Positions 24,544 to 47,744 of a DNA stretch of 64,000 bases are shown piece after piece. The DNA lies in assembly GCA_963693365.1 (NCBI GenBank), contig CAVNZM010000002.1:5968259-6032258 (forward strand). The letters run 5' to 3'. Below the pieces are notes generated by a model. It did no database searches. It saw only the letters and a program-made list of their open reading frames with translations, and had not been told where the DNA came from. How positions within the stretch are numbered: the stretch's first letter is position 1; the number at the start of each line of letters is the position of its first letter. Made by a program: the position numbers and the translations under genes. The DNA comes from Amoebidium appalachense (taxonomy: Eukaryota; Protista; Ichthyosporea).

Positions 24544-24948
24544 TCACCTAGAGTTGTATTGTATATATTTGCACTGATAGCATGACGCAGAAGACAAGTT
24601 TTGAATACATAGCACTATATGAGATAAGCTCTTGATGATAGTGAGCAACACATGAATACGTCTACTTTTGTTGGAGGTTTTCCGCTTCGCCCTCTTTATC
24701 CTTAACACTATCACATTTTGCAAACGTGCCTCACATGCAAGGAAACGATTTGATACGGCCTGATCACGCCCACTGGTTGGGTAAGAGTCTCTCAGTGCAT
24801 AGCCATTATCGGCAGGAACAGAAAAAGTCACAAGTAAATTAGAAATTATGAGCTTGGAGTCGCATACTTCAAAGAGAATTTGAACATCGTTTAAGAACAA
24901 GTACGACGTAATAAAATAAATGTGTTGCTCATTGATCGGGATCTGCAT
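24544..24948 (-). CDS. AT-rich intronless 134-aa ORF with N-terminal F-box-like pattern
   Basis: IPINEQHIYFITSYLFLNDVQILFEVC matches the spacing of LPxExxxxIFSYLxxxDLxxLxxVC; rest unrecognised. Confidence 0.3.
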   Translation of the reverse strand: MQIPINEQHIYFITSYLFLNDVQILFEVCDSKLIISNLLVTFSVPADNGYALRDSYPTSGRDQAVSNRFLACEARLQNVIVLRIKRAKRKTSNKSRRIHVLLTIIKSLSHIVLCIQNLSSASCYQCKYIQYNSR

Positions 24949-25036
24949 GGGTCACGGTCTTTGTTTCCTTTCTTTTCGGTGTACATGTAGCCTATGTACC
25001 AGCCGTGCGGCACAAACAGGAGATTGCGCAACATGA

Positions 25037-25054
25037 TGACGTCACGATGACTCA
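25037..25054. promoter_or_regulatory. Adjacent CRE and AP-1 motifs
   Basis: TGACGTCA-cga-TGACTCA, between the F-box-like ORF and RNF113. Confidence 0.4.
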
Positions 25055-25542
25055 TAAGTACAATAGCTTATTCGTCACTGTGACCTTTTAGACCGATTTG
25101 CTCTTTTAGGGACACACTTTTGAGAGCAGCTTGTGCCGTGCTTGTGCTGGTGAGTAGCGGAGGGGGGCAGTGGTGCGACAAGTGTGTGTGTGCGAGGGGG
25201 GGGGGGGAGGGGGGGAGGGGGGAGGGGCGAGGAGGAGGGAGGGACGAGGGGGTGCTCGTAGCAAACGAAAGGTGATGCTTAGAGGGCCGAAGAGAACGTG
25301 GAAATTCCTTCCTCCCCACCTCCCGCCAACTCCAGCCCCAATCTCTGAACCCTCTCCCTCTTCACGAAACCAACCCCCTCCCCCCTTCCCCCTCCCCCCC
25401 CCCTTCCCCCCCTTCCCCCCTCCCCCCTTCCCGCTCCACCCAGCACCCCGCCCCCATCTCCCCAACCCCATCTCTTCCCCCCCCCCCCCCCCCTCGCCAC
25501 ACACCACTCGGTTTTGCCCCCCCCCCCCCCCCCCCCCCCCCC

Positions 25543-25596
<54 letters not shown>

Positions 25597-25804
25597 GCGA
25601 ACCCAAAAAGATTTCACGTTCTCTGCTATCCTCTCCACAACTCCAGTGGCTTTACCTGACTGACACGAACAAGTCGAACAAGGCATCTACAGGCGTAGGA
25701 GGTTATTGCAACACCCAAACACACCACACACCCAGATTACTACATTCATCATAAAACTGATGCACAGTTGCACACAAACACACACACTCTCAAAACACAC
25801 ACCC

Positions 25805-25854
<50 letters not shown>

Positions 25855-26109
25855 CACCAACCCACACACACGCTTACACACGACACACACATCCACCGTG
25901 CACACAATTTAATAGAGTCAACACCCACCCACACAGCACCCACACACACAATCCACCCACACCCACACCCACACACACCACAAATAACGAGCCACACCCA
26001 CCCACCTTGCCTACTCATAAACATAGTCCCCTCTCCTCCCCGCCCCACCCACTCCCCTCCACACACACACACACACACACGCACACACACACAACACACA
26101 GCAGGCACC

Positions 26110-33695
<7,586 letters not shown>

Positions 33696-33875
33696 GAGAG
33701 CTAACAGGCAAGGCCCTGCAGAGGGTGTGCCTGTGCTTCTGAATGCTCGAATGCGTGTGGCTTAGACACAATAATATGTGCAGTATACCTTTTTTATTTT
33801 TTTATTATTTTTTTTTTGGTTTATCATAGTGGTGGTGGTGGTGGACGTGGTGGTGGTCGTGGTGGTAGGGGAGGG

Positions 33876-33909
<34 letters not shown>

Positions 33910-34667
33910 GGGGGGAGGGGGGGGGGGGAGGGGGGGTACAAAGGCAGATTACGATATTCTTTGATCCGGATCCGGAAGCTGCGTTAATGCTCGATCCTCG
34001 TATCGTTTCATTTTTATTATTATTTTTTTTTGCCCTCCAAGTTGCGTTTCTGTTGATCACAAGTCTGTGATGACGTATGCAGTTATGTGTGCACACAATG
34101 AAAGGCCGAAATAAAAAACCCCTGCTGGTCAGGTGGCAGCCAAATATATGAAGTCGGTGTTGTGGGTGCACAGGGGAGGGTGTGTGTGTGCCTCGATGAA
34201 ATAGCAGGGGCGATTGCTGTGTGGGTGGAATGGGATATAGGACGGCACAGGTTGCCATTCAGTCATTCATTCATGTAAGGTTCAAGTGAGCACTGAGAAT
34301 TATTCCTTTTGGACACATACCGATGCTTGGGAGAAAAGGTAATAATTATCGAGAGAAGGGGAAGGGGCGGAGGGGGGGCGGGGAGGGGGGCAAGGCCTCC
34401 CTCTCTCTCTTTCATAAGCCTATGCCCTCCACACCTTACCTTCGAAACCCTCTAGCCTTCTTTCTCAGCAATAATGCTGGAAGTTTCCCATGTACTGCTT
34501 CTAACCGAACCTATACGGACTTGATCGTGTCGACTTTCCGCGTACTGTCTCCCCCCCCCCCCCCCTCCCCCCCCCCCCCCTCCCCCTTTCCCCCCCCCTC
34601 CTCTATCTCTATCTCTCTCCCCCCCCCCCCCCCCCCCCCCCCCCCCCACCACCACCACCACCACCTA

Positions 34668-34698
<31 letters not shown>

Positions 34699-35009
34699 CC
34701 AAAAAAAAGAAGAAAAAAGAACACTCACCCACTCCATCCCTCCCCCTGCCTCCCTCCTCCGCCACACACAACCTTTCTTCCCAGCAACAGCACAGCACCA
34801 GTTAAACTGAATCTGACACGTTACTACCCTTTGCCTTGCACGGGAAGAACGAAAGAAACACAGGGCTGTTGTTGCCGGAAAGGAGGGGGAGAGAAAAGGA
34901 GCCGCGCAAGGGGAGAAGAGAGGAAGAGGAGAGTGAAACGAGGGGAGGAAAAGGGGAGAGTACTAGTGGTAGGGTGAGACGGGAGGAGGTGGGGGAGAGG
35001 CGGCGAGGG

Positions 35010-35054
<45 letters not shown>

Positions 35055-35341
35055 AAAGGCCCTGTGACATCTGGATGATTATGACCACAACCCATACAAA
35101 AAGATCTGGAAGAGAACATGCATTAGGCCTTTTAGGTTCCCCTTTATAAAACGAGCTGAAGATTTGCTTTGATTATCCCGCACATATATGCACCACACAC
35201 AACACAAATACATGTGCACACACCGTGATAAGCGAACGCAAAAACACGTGTCATACTCGTGCCCACTCACCCACAGTCTGGTTTGTGACACATACACACA
35301 CGGTGACTCTTTTCGTGTGCGTGCGTGTGTGCGTGCGTGCA

Positions 35342-35404
<63 letters not shown>

Positions 35405-35522
35405 CACTGTACACATGTGTGTACGTGGATAGGTGGGTGCTTGGCTTGGTGAGTGGTACATGCACTGATTTTAGGGCACCCCGACACGGACCAATCAAAG
35501 GTAGAAATTAAAAGAACGACAT

Positions 35523-35592
<70 letters not shown>

Positions 35593-35939
35593 GAAACAAC
35601 AGCTTTGATCCAAAAGCCAAGATAAGGCGCAAGTATACAGTGTCCAATTTGTACTATGTACATATGTGAAATAAATTTGCAAGGTGCCATTTAATGAACT
35701 GGGCCTATGTGCACAATATCCCCCCCCCACCCACCCCCCCCCCCCACCCACCCACCCAACCTCCCCCTCCCTCCCCCCCAAGTCCCACCCACCCACCCAC
35801 CCACAAACCCACTCACCCACTCACACACCCACTCACACACCTAGACCTTAATCCCGATATGCCTGTTACCACGGTTAAAGGGGAATAACACCAGTATGTG
35901 TGTTTTGATGTGATTGTGACAGAGGCCTTACGCAAGGAG

Positions 35940-36396
35940 GGCACGGCGTATGTCTGTTTGGGTAATGTGCAATGAAGAAGGAGGCGTGTGTTGGGGTAAC
36001 GTAACAGCAGAGGGTATGTGTGTCAGGGTGAAGTAAAAGAGGAGGGTTTAAGTACTCGGAGAGGGTTATGCGTGTTTGGGTGAGGAGGACATGCATGTTT
36101 GGGTGACGTAACAGAAGAGTGGTGTTTGGGTGAAGTACAAGAGGGGGGGTATGTGTGTTTGGATGAAGTAAAAGAGGAGGGTATGTGTGTTTGGGTGAAA
36201 TGAAAGAGCCAAATGAAGTTTGGTAGACCACATAATACCGCAACACACACACGTCACATTCACAACAGACACCCAGAAAGATAGCCTACCTAAAAATTAC
36301 AACATCCTTGATTTTATACTAAACACGTGAAACTACGCTGTTTATTAGATGCATTGACTGGCTTGAGAAACACATCATTACAAAATTCTAGCGCGC

Positions 36397-36459
<63 letters not shown>

Positions 36460-36830
36460 CCAGCTGATACCGAGTGTCCCAGGGGAGCCCGAAAAAAAAA
36501 ACAGAAAAAAAAAACAAAAAAAACGGGGAACCCCAACTAATTGATTTTTCTTAGTCTTTATGGTGTCTCGTAGAGAAAGTAAGCCCTGATATATAATCAT
36601 CACCCGACAGCTATGTACGTGATCATGATATACCGCCGAGGGGATATTCCAAGCAAAACCCCCCCATACCTGAGACTGTTCTCTATTTGCCTCGAGTAAA
36701 CAGCGTAAACCCCTAGTATATGTGTGCTTGAGTGATTTATAAGAGTAGGGTATGTGTGTTTGGGTGAAATTAAGGAGGGGGGTGCATTTGTTCAGGTGAA
36801 TATCGGACAGAAAAGGGTATGTGTTTTGGA
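35940..36830. repeat. Degenerate ~30-bp minisatellite (gggtatgtgtgtttgggtgaagtaaaagagga) split by a non-LTR insertion
   Basis: Units present on both sides of 36208-36713. Confidence 0.75.
36208..36713 (+). mobile_element. 5'-truncated copy of the non-LTR element at 59-61 kb
   Basis: Colinear with ~60406-60993: ORF end, (CA)n, accagctgataccgagtgtcccaggggagccc, A-rich run, ~190-nt terminal unit. Confidence 0.9.
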
Positions 36831-37107
36831 GAAAGTTGTTCACCGGTGCTGGTGGCATTCCCTGCACTTGCCAACAAATGTACAAAGTCGATTTACTCAC
36901 ATGTATAACAGAGTCTTAAGGTTCTGACTGCCCGTGAGGCAGTGCAAATTAGACTAAGTCACTACAAAGTCAAGTCTTCAGGACTTTGCAAGCTATTTTT
37001 TTACAGAGCACAATATTCTATTTGTAAAATTTACATACATTCTATATCGAAAAACATACACTTGATACATTCACGATCACACATCCTCGATCATTTCTCA
37101 CCACCCG

Positions 37108-39947
37108 TTATTGTGCGGCGGTGACCCACCAGAAGTCCTGTGACGTCATCTCCAACCCCCGGTAGCTAAACAGCCCCTTTTGGCCTCTGCAATTGTCTTG
37201 CCCGAGATTAACCCCGCAGGCCCGTGGAAACAAAGCGCCGAATACATGGTGATACTGCCCTACTTGCCTAGGCCATTTGCATTGGCTGGAACCTTGCTGT
37301 TCTTGTTCACCTGGAATGCGACCCGCATTCCTTTGGCCGTAACGAAGCAAGCTGATTGGCCCAATTCAAACGCATACTCCTCGCAGCCGTAGCCGAAATA
37401 ACACCACCCCTTGTGGATCTTGCACGGTATAGTTCCTACGGTAGAGTATGCTACACCCATATAGATGGGGGCTGCTAGGTCCTGTTGGAACCCCCCTTGC
37501 ACCGCTCCCTCGGGGGGGGTTTCCACTCCGCACACAACATCGACCTTTGCTGCAGTCGTAGGTGGTGGCGGGGTTGTACCTGGGGGGAGGGTCATGGTGA
37601 GCAATACGAGTGATGATATTATCAAATAACGAAGACCTGCTGACTAGTAGTGTGAGGGCGGACCTGGGTAAAGGTGGGTGGGGAGGAACCTGGCTGGGTG
37701 GGGGTAACGGCGTGGTGTTTTTTTTTTTTTTTTTTTTTTGGGGGGGGGGGGGGGGGAGGGGGAGGGGGGGGGGGGGGGGGGGAGGGAGGGGAGGGGGGGG
37801 GGGGGGGGGGGGAGGGGGGGGGAGGGGGGGGGGGGGGGCTAAAGGAGGTGGCTAAAAGTTCGTGGGGCAGTATTGTTTTGGTTTCACTGCAAAGCCTGTC
37901 CCCACCCATGCATGCGAGTGTGTGGGCAAACACTGAATGTACGAGTTATTCTTCCATGCCATGCAAATATCTGCCTGCAACCTGAACAGCGTGTGTGCAT
38001 TGTGTGTGTCAATTATTATCCGCTCTGTTTCAGTTTGTACTCGTTTTGCGGCGTGTGTATGGGTGTAGCTGTGCGTGTGCATTGCGGCAAAGATGGTCAC
38101 CTACCCACAGCCTATCTGAAGTTAGCCACCACCCCAATGGTCTTTCGCAGCACCTGAGCATTGTCTGCTGCCCCAGCCACACCCAGGGGCATGCCCTTAT
38201 AGGTCAGCTGGGGGATCGAGTAGTAGGGTACCGTTTGCATGTTATTGCATCCCCCCCCATAGCTCATGTTGGTGCCGAAATTCTCTGCTGTGTTGCACAC
38301 TCAATGGCTAAACCCAAACGGGTATGCACCGCCTTCGGGCTGTAGGGTGGGTGGGCTATGGGTCAGTGTTTGAAGTGTGTGTTATCGATTCCAAATGGTC
38401 CCGTCTTGCTATATGGTGGATTTTAAGGTTCTTTGCCTTCGGGTTTTTGTGCCGTTGACCCAACTACATAAATTCTAACTTGCGTCTAGTGTGTGTCGGG
38501 CCCGGGTCATCGGGCTGGTATTGCTGGTGCTGATATCTACGTCACACTGTGTATACTGTATGTGTGTGTGTGTGTGTGTTGGGGGGGAGGGGGAGGGGGG
38601 GGGGGGTCAGTCTATCCCTTTTTTCTTTTTCTTTTTACTTTCTTTTATTTCTTTATTTTATTTCTTTATTTATTTATTTATTTATTTTTTTGGGGGGGGG
38701 GGGGAAGGGGGGTAGGGGGAAAGGGGGGGGGGGGGGGGGAGGGGGAGGGTATGTTTGAGTGTTTTTTATTTTATTTTTTTTAGATGGGTAGGAGGGCGGG
38801 GGGGGGGGGGGGGGGGGGGGGGGGGCTGCAAAATACCTGGTCCTCTCTGTTGTGCGATGCAACCATGATGTGTCCCCACTCGTGCGCAAACGTAGCACCG
38901 TCCTCCAGACAGCCCACCGGCACCACGGCAAAGGCCCCATCTTTAAAGCCCGTGTTGATCTTGTTGGGGCCCATCTGCCAGGCAATACCACAGCAGTCCG
39001 CATCAACACTCACCAGCGTCGCTATGTCCGCACCCAGCTTGTTGCGCATCTCCCTCGCTGCCGCCCCGTGGCTTGTGCGTGTGATGTCTCCGAGGGTGTC
39101 TCCGTGCTCGGTGTAGGCATCGTTGAATCGGTCCATACCCACCAGGCGCATGGTGGTTGGCACCTTGCTGTTCTTGAGCGCCTGGTTGGTCCACGCCACC
39201 GCTGCCACAATCTTTGCCCGCAGATTCTGCTCGCCCACCACCTCACGTGCCTGTCTGGTGTAGAGAACAAGCACGTTGATGGTGTCGGCTGGGTCGGGCT
39301 GCACAGTTGGTGCCATGACCGCTGTGTTGACGGGGCTTTCCTGCATGGGTGGGAGGGGTGCAGTGCTGCCCATGGGGATACGCACAACAGCACCGGTGCC
39401 ACTCACAGGCATGGGCGCACTTGTGTTGCTGTTGCTTAGCTTGAACGGGGCCTTGACGCCGCCTGTGAATTCTGGCCGGCGGAACATCATGGGTAGGGTG
39501 GGTTTCTTTGACTCGTAGACGATGGACTTGCTGCGGTCTGTGTTTGAGGGGTCAACCTGGAACATGCGCGCCTGCCCGTTTACAGTCATGGCAACAGACC
39601 CATACACCGCCCCGTCAGGCCCAGCCACCAGAGTCACTGCGTTGCCCAGCCGTCCATATGGCCCTCGATGGTGGTGGCGGTTTGCAGAGTAGCCACCCCG
39701 CTAGCCTTTGGGAACAGGTTGACGGCTAGTGTTGGGGCCCCTTCGGTGATGGGCGCGGCAGCTGCTGGGCGACTATGGCCAAATCGATGCCAGAGGGTGC
39801 GAGCACGTCTTGGGGGTTGAAGAGAGTGGGTGGACGCATGAGCTGGGAGGTGGCCATGGCGCTGCACGAAGAAACGACGCACAGCACAAGTACAGCGCAT
39901 AGTAGTAGCCAGTGCCTGCGGCTGGCGAGAGTGAAAAAAGCAGCCAT
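37108..39947 (-). pseudogene. Disabled secreted reprolysin-like (metzincin) metalloprotease with C-terminal DM9/DUF3421-like repeats
   Basis: Signal peptide, INVLVLYT..A, TNQALKNS, ADIATLV....CCGIAW, FAHEWGHIMVASH, Met-turn FGTNMSY; last exon PEGAVQGG..PIYMG...IPCK..CYFGYG.EE. Lesions: at least two frameshifts at 39640-39780, in-frame TGA 38301-38303, TAG 37260-37262, frameshift near 37175, G>V in the Zn motif. Confidence 0.82.
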
Positions 39948-40511
39948 GATGATACTTGAACAGGGTTGCTCTTCGAATTCGAGTGCCGATGTTTGCGAAG
40001 TAATAGTACTGTAATACTTGCAGGGTCCTCACGGTCTGACTTCAAAGTCGCGGTTTTTTATAAGGTCATGGCTATATAGAGTCCGCTTCTGTCGTAGGTG
40101 CCTTGATTTAAACGTACAATGATCACCAAAATAGCAGAGAAATTAGACTATATTTTGAAGTTGTACGAAACAGAACTGCCTGGAGTGCATGCCATTCGTT
40201 TCTTTCCGGGTGTCCGATTGGCGAGAACGATCTAAAAGCGATCTGCTCCCAGGGTTTGCCTGGGTTTGGCGTTCTTAATCGTATTTAGGCAAGTTCCGAG
40301 CATTTTGACACCCTTCAGGGTTGTATTGACTAATTGGTTGCCCACTTTTAATCGTATTGCGGGGTTTTCTAAACCGTGTTTTAGGCCAATACGATTCGTA
40401 ACGCAAACCCTGTCTGCTCCAGTTTCGTGATTGGGTAGTTTTTATTGTCTCAGGAATGCGGGGATGACCAAACACGGAGGCTCGGGCATGCCGCCGGCGC
40501 GAGGCTGAAAC

Positions 40512-40570
<59 letters not shown>

Positions 40571-41001
40571 CAGGTAATATACAGGTAATTTACAATTACT
40601 GTGGGCGCTACTGCTCTGCGCATGCAGCCGTGGCTGGCATGAATGATTGCATGGCGCCTGCCCTACCTGCACGCATGCTCGGCCACTTGATGAAGTGCCT
40701 GTTTTGCTGTGAAACAAAATATAGGCAGTGTTCTGCTGCGATTTGCTGAGGTCTGCACCGATGCACTGGCAAAACGAAATCTTGCTGTCATCAAAATGAC
40801 ACATGACAGACACTTAATTGACTCGCGTTGACACCCATATGCATGCACCACCATCTACCTCAGACAATGATCTTCCACTGGCCCCGGGCCCAGCCTCCCC
40901 AGCGCCCGGGCCTAGGGTACCCTGCAGCTGGGCCCCCTTCCCTCCTCCTCTTCACCCCCCCCCCCCCCCCCCCCTACCCCCCACCTCCCCCTCCCCCCCC
41001 C

Positions 41002-41035
<34 letters not shown>

Positions 41036-41871
41036 ATCCCCCCCTCCCCTCCCCCCGCTGCCGACCATCGGAGAAAAAACACACCGTGATGGACATCAAC
41101 ATGCACACCCACAGTGCTTCAATGGTAGCAGCACACACACACACGCACGCACTTCCACACACACACACATTGACACACCCGCACATTGCACAGAAATACA
41201 CACTTCCACAACTTCAAGTATACACACGCACATGTACACACGCACGCACGCGCATATATATATACACGCGTACACACGCACACGCATGCGCACACACATG
41301 CACACACACGTACATGCGCTCACACATATAATATATGCACGCACGCACACACACACACACATGCGGCACAATGTGTACACGTACACACACACACGCACGC
41401 ACACGCATGCCCGCACACACTCACACGCACACGGGCACACGCCACAAACTCACTCACACACACTCCTTGACACACACACACACCATGTACACACACATCT
41501 CATGACTGATGCACACGCGCTCATTATTATGGATCCTCAGTACGATGGATTAACACCCCCCCCATGCCGCCGAAGATATGAACGCAAACACACAGTATAG
41601 CCCAGAGATATGCACACAATCACATATGCACAGTGGTCGGTGTCCACATACACTGCATCATTGTGATGTAAATACACTGTAAGACACAAAGCACACACAC
41701 ACACACAGACACAAAGCACACACACACACACAGACACACAGACACATGTACACACACACACACACGCTTCCCCCTTCCCCTCTTCTTTGCCTCACTCACA
41801 CACACGCTCTCTCCCCTCTGCGCCTCCCCCCCTTCCCTTCTCCCCCTCCCCCGGCCCCCCCTCCCTCTCTC

Positions 41872-41907
<36 letters not shown>

Positions 41908-42265
41908 CCCCCCCCCCCCAAAAAAGAAGGAGAAAGAAAGAAAGAAAGAAAGAAAGGAAAGGAGGACTCAAAAACAAACACAGCAAACTGGCATTTTCGA
42001 CTTGCGGAGTAAGTAGCATTGCTGGTGTGGTTGAAACTGAAACTCAGCTGCCCTCTGAGGGCCGCCGCGGTCCAACTCGGATGATCATGGGCTGATGATG
42101 ACTCTGATACTGTGGGTTTGTTGTTAATGCTGGGCCGTGAATTTGAACTTTGTATCACTTCCTGTGCAAGGTTAATCGAGTGGAATCGTAACTGATGTGC
42201 AAGTCCGTGTATCGATATCACTAACACGTTCACGAAGACACACAATTGCAGAGAGACCGCTTAAG

Positions 42266-42332
42266 TGAGCCATGATCACCTGTCCCACCGGGTACATAGT
42301 GAGCCATGATCACCTGTCCCACCGGTACATAT
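42266..42332. repeat. 33-34-bp tandem duplication
   Basis: gtgagccatgatcacctgtcccaccg(g)gtacata twice. Confidence 0.9.
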
Positions 42333-43292
42333 ATGTTGATGTAATAGGCAACATTATTAAAACACACACAAACAATGAAATTCGATAAGCACAGCATGTG
42401 TGCACAGATACGTAAGTACACGCACACATACCCCCTCCCCCCCCCCCCCCCCCCCCCCCTATCACATGTCATTTCGAATTCCTCACTCACCCTCCCTCGA
42501 GCTCTCTAGTGCTAGACACGACGGGCTGCCCTCCCCCCCCCCCCCCCCCCCCCCCCCTTCCCCGGCCCAACCCCCCACCAACGTTAACCAATGTTCCGCA
42601 TCCCCCTTCCTTGAGTTCCATTATATCAAGTTGTTTCTCTCTCTCTCTCTCCCATGGTCCCTCGAGGTCCTCGAGCTCAATCCCAGGCCGTATATACGTA
42701 TTGTTTATTAATATGTATTATTAGATCTCTCTTCTCTCTCGTGCACGTGTCATTGGACCCTTCAACCTTCCCAAGACCCCCTCCCCCCGGCGTACCCCTC
42801 CCCCCCCCCCCCCCCCCCCCCCCCCCCGGGGGGCCCCCTCTCCCCGCTCTCTCTTTCCCACCCCGTACGCGTGGCACCTCCCTCCCCGAGGCTCCCTTTC
42901 CCACCGGGCCCCGGCCCCCACCGGTACCCCACTCCCCCACACAAACACCCACCAGCACGTCGCACCACCACCGTCCGGCCTCCATCTTGCGGCGTGCGGC
43001 GGCCCTGGGCGTAGGTGTATATTGGTTGGTGCACATATTCGTGTCACATGAAATGTGGGAGAGCTCCGAGATCTCATGAATTATGCCACAGTCGGACTAC
43101 AGAACAACAGAACGTCGGGCGAGCGACACAGTCCAATCAATCAAGGGTGCCATACACACTTTTATTTGCGTGGTAGAGGGCCCATCGTCGCCAAGTCTGA
43201 CCTGCTGCGTTTTCCAGCTCAGTACCTACTGGCTAAGCGGGCTACAAAGAGAAGGGTGCGCTCAAGGTAATAGCACATGTACAGTAATGCGT

Positions 43293-43350
43293 GACAACTC
43301 ATAGAACTAACGTACATACTTCGTTGTGTACGTTAGTTCTATGAGTTGTC
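43293..43350. other. Perfect 24-bp inverted repeat with 10-nt loop (58-nt hairpin)
   Basis: gacaactcatagaactaacgtaca [tacttcgttg] tgtacgttagttctatgagttgtc. Confidence 0.95.
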
Positions 43351-43668
43351 TAAATAGTACATTCCCCCATCACAGCAAACAGAAGTTCTCCCCCCCAAAT
43401 CAATTACGTTTTCGCGGTATTTACCGTGCCAAGGTTGGCGGGTCATAAGAGCGCACAATCAAAAGCTTGAGTATAGACTTCAAAATCGAATAAAGAAAGA
43501 TGATAACGCCTTATTTGCTTTGTGCTATTCATAAACAAGTAAAAAAAGAGCAGTATGTATGTATTTTTCTCTTGAATGGTGGTGCAGAACCTACAGCTGT
43601 TTGCCAGCCTCTAGAACTATGCACGCGAATGCCTGACAAGATCGGTACTATAGTAGCATGATATGTAT

Positions 43669-43863
43669 GGGGTTTACGCTGTTTACTCGAGGCAAAGAGA
43701 ACCAGTCTCAGGTATGGGGGGGGGGGGTTTGCTCGGAATATCCCCTCAGCGGTATATCATGATCACGTACATAGATGTCGGGTGGTGACTATATATCAGG
43801 GTTTACTTTCTCTACGAGACACCATAAAGACTACAAGGAGAAATCAATTAGTTGGGGTTCCCC

Positions 43864-43912
<49 letters not shown>
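43669..43912 (-). mobile_element. Short copy (terminal ~190-nt unit plus A-run) of the same non-LTR family
   Basis: Reverse complement of 60807-60993 followed by a long T run; possible tgtat target duplication. Confidence 0.88.
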
Positions 43913-43913
<1 letters not shown>

Positions 43914-44360
43914 TATCCAATTATTGAGCGAGTGAATGTCCTAAAAAGCAAAATGCTACAAGATCTATTTCAGTTAGCGAATCGCAGATTAGATGTGAAT
44001 CGTGCATAGTATTCACAAATCGTCCATTTTATTGAATGATTTTGTCTTTCAGTGAAAATCAGGTCTCGAAATCACATCGATATTGATAACCTGTTTTGAT
44101 TGGCAGCTAATCATGATGTTGTTGTAGCCACTCGTCGCTGAGGTATTTTTCAATAAACTCTCTCCCGAACTCACGGAGCCAAAAAGACCGTGTCCTCTCC
44201 CCTGCACGTTCAAAACGCGCGTGTACGCATCTACAGCCGATGTGAACTAAACCAGAACTCGTAAAGAAACTGTAGACGCTCTAGGCAAGGGATACCTGTA
44301 AGAGGAAGGGGAGGGTTTGGGCCAAATAGACACACGAAACGAGAGTGCGTTAAGGACACC

Positions 44361-47400
<3,040 letters not shown>

Positions 47401-47433
47401 CATCACCCCCCGCCTCTCTCCCCCCCCCCCCTC

Positions 47434-47464
<31 letters not shown>

Positions 47465-47704
47465 ACACACACACACCTACCCACTCTGCCGCTGCCTCCA
47501 CTATGGTGGTTTGAGTTGATGGGACACAGTTGGTGCATTCGGTTTTTGGTTTCCACCACGACTTCGTTTTCCCAAACCGACGTGCAATTTTATCAGCATG
47601 ACAGTCAAGCATAAAGCATCATTATATTGTTTCCACCGTTTTTTACCTGCACGTACAGGCTAGTGGGGGAAGAACAGTGTGCCCGGGCTGCCGTGGTGGG
47701 GATC

Positions 47705-47744
<40 letters not shown>

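Noticed and set aside
36700-36720. Helitron-like CTAG|T 3' end
   Set aside because: The other two copies lack CTAG; it is created by flanking sequence.
38301-38303. Selenocysteine or stop-codon reassignment in the protease gene
   Set aside because: The same gene has frameshifts and a TAG, and intact genes end with TGA, TAG and TAA normally; pseudogenisation is simpler.
40790-43280. Scattered exon-like plus-strand segments
   Set aside because: Could not be spliced into a consistent frame and resemble no family I recognise.
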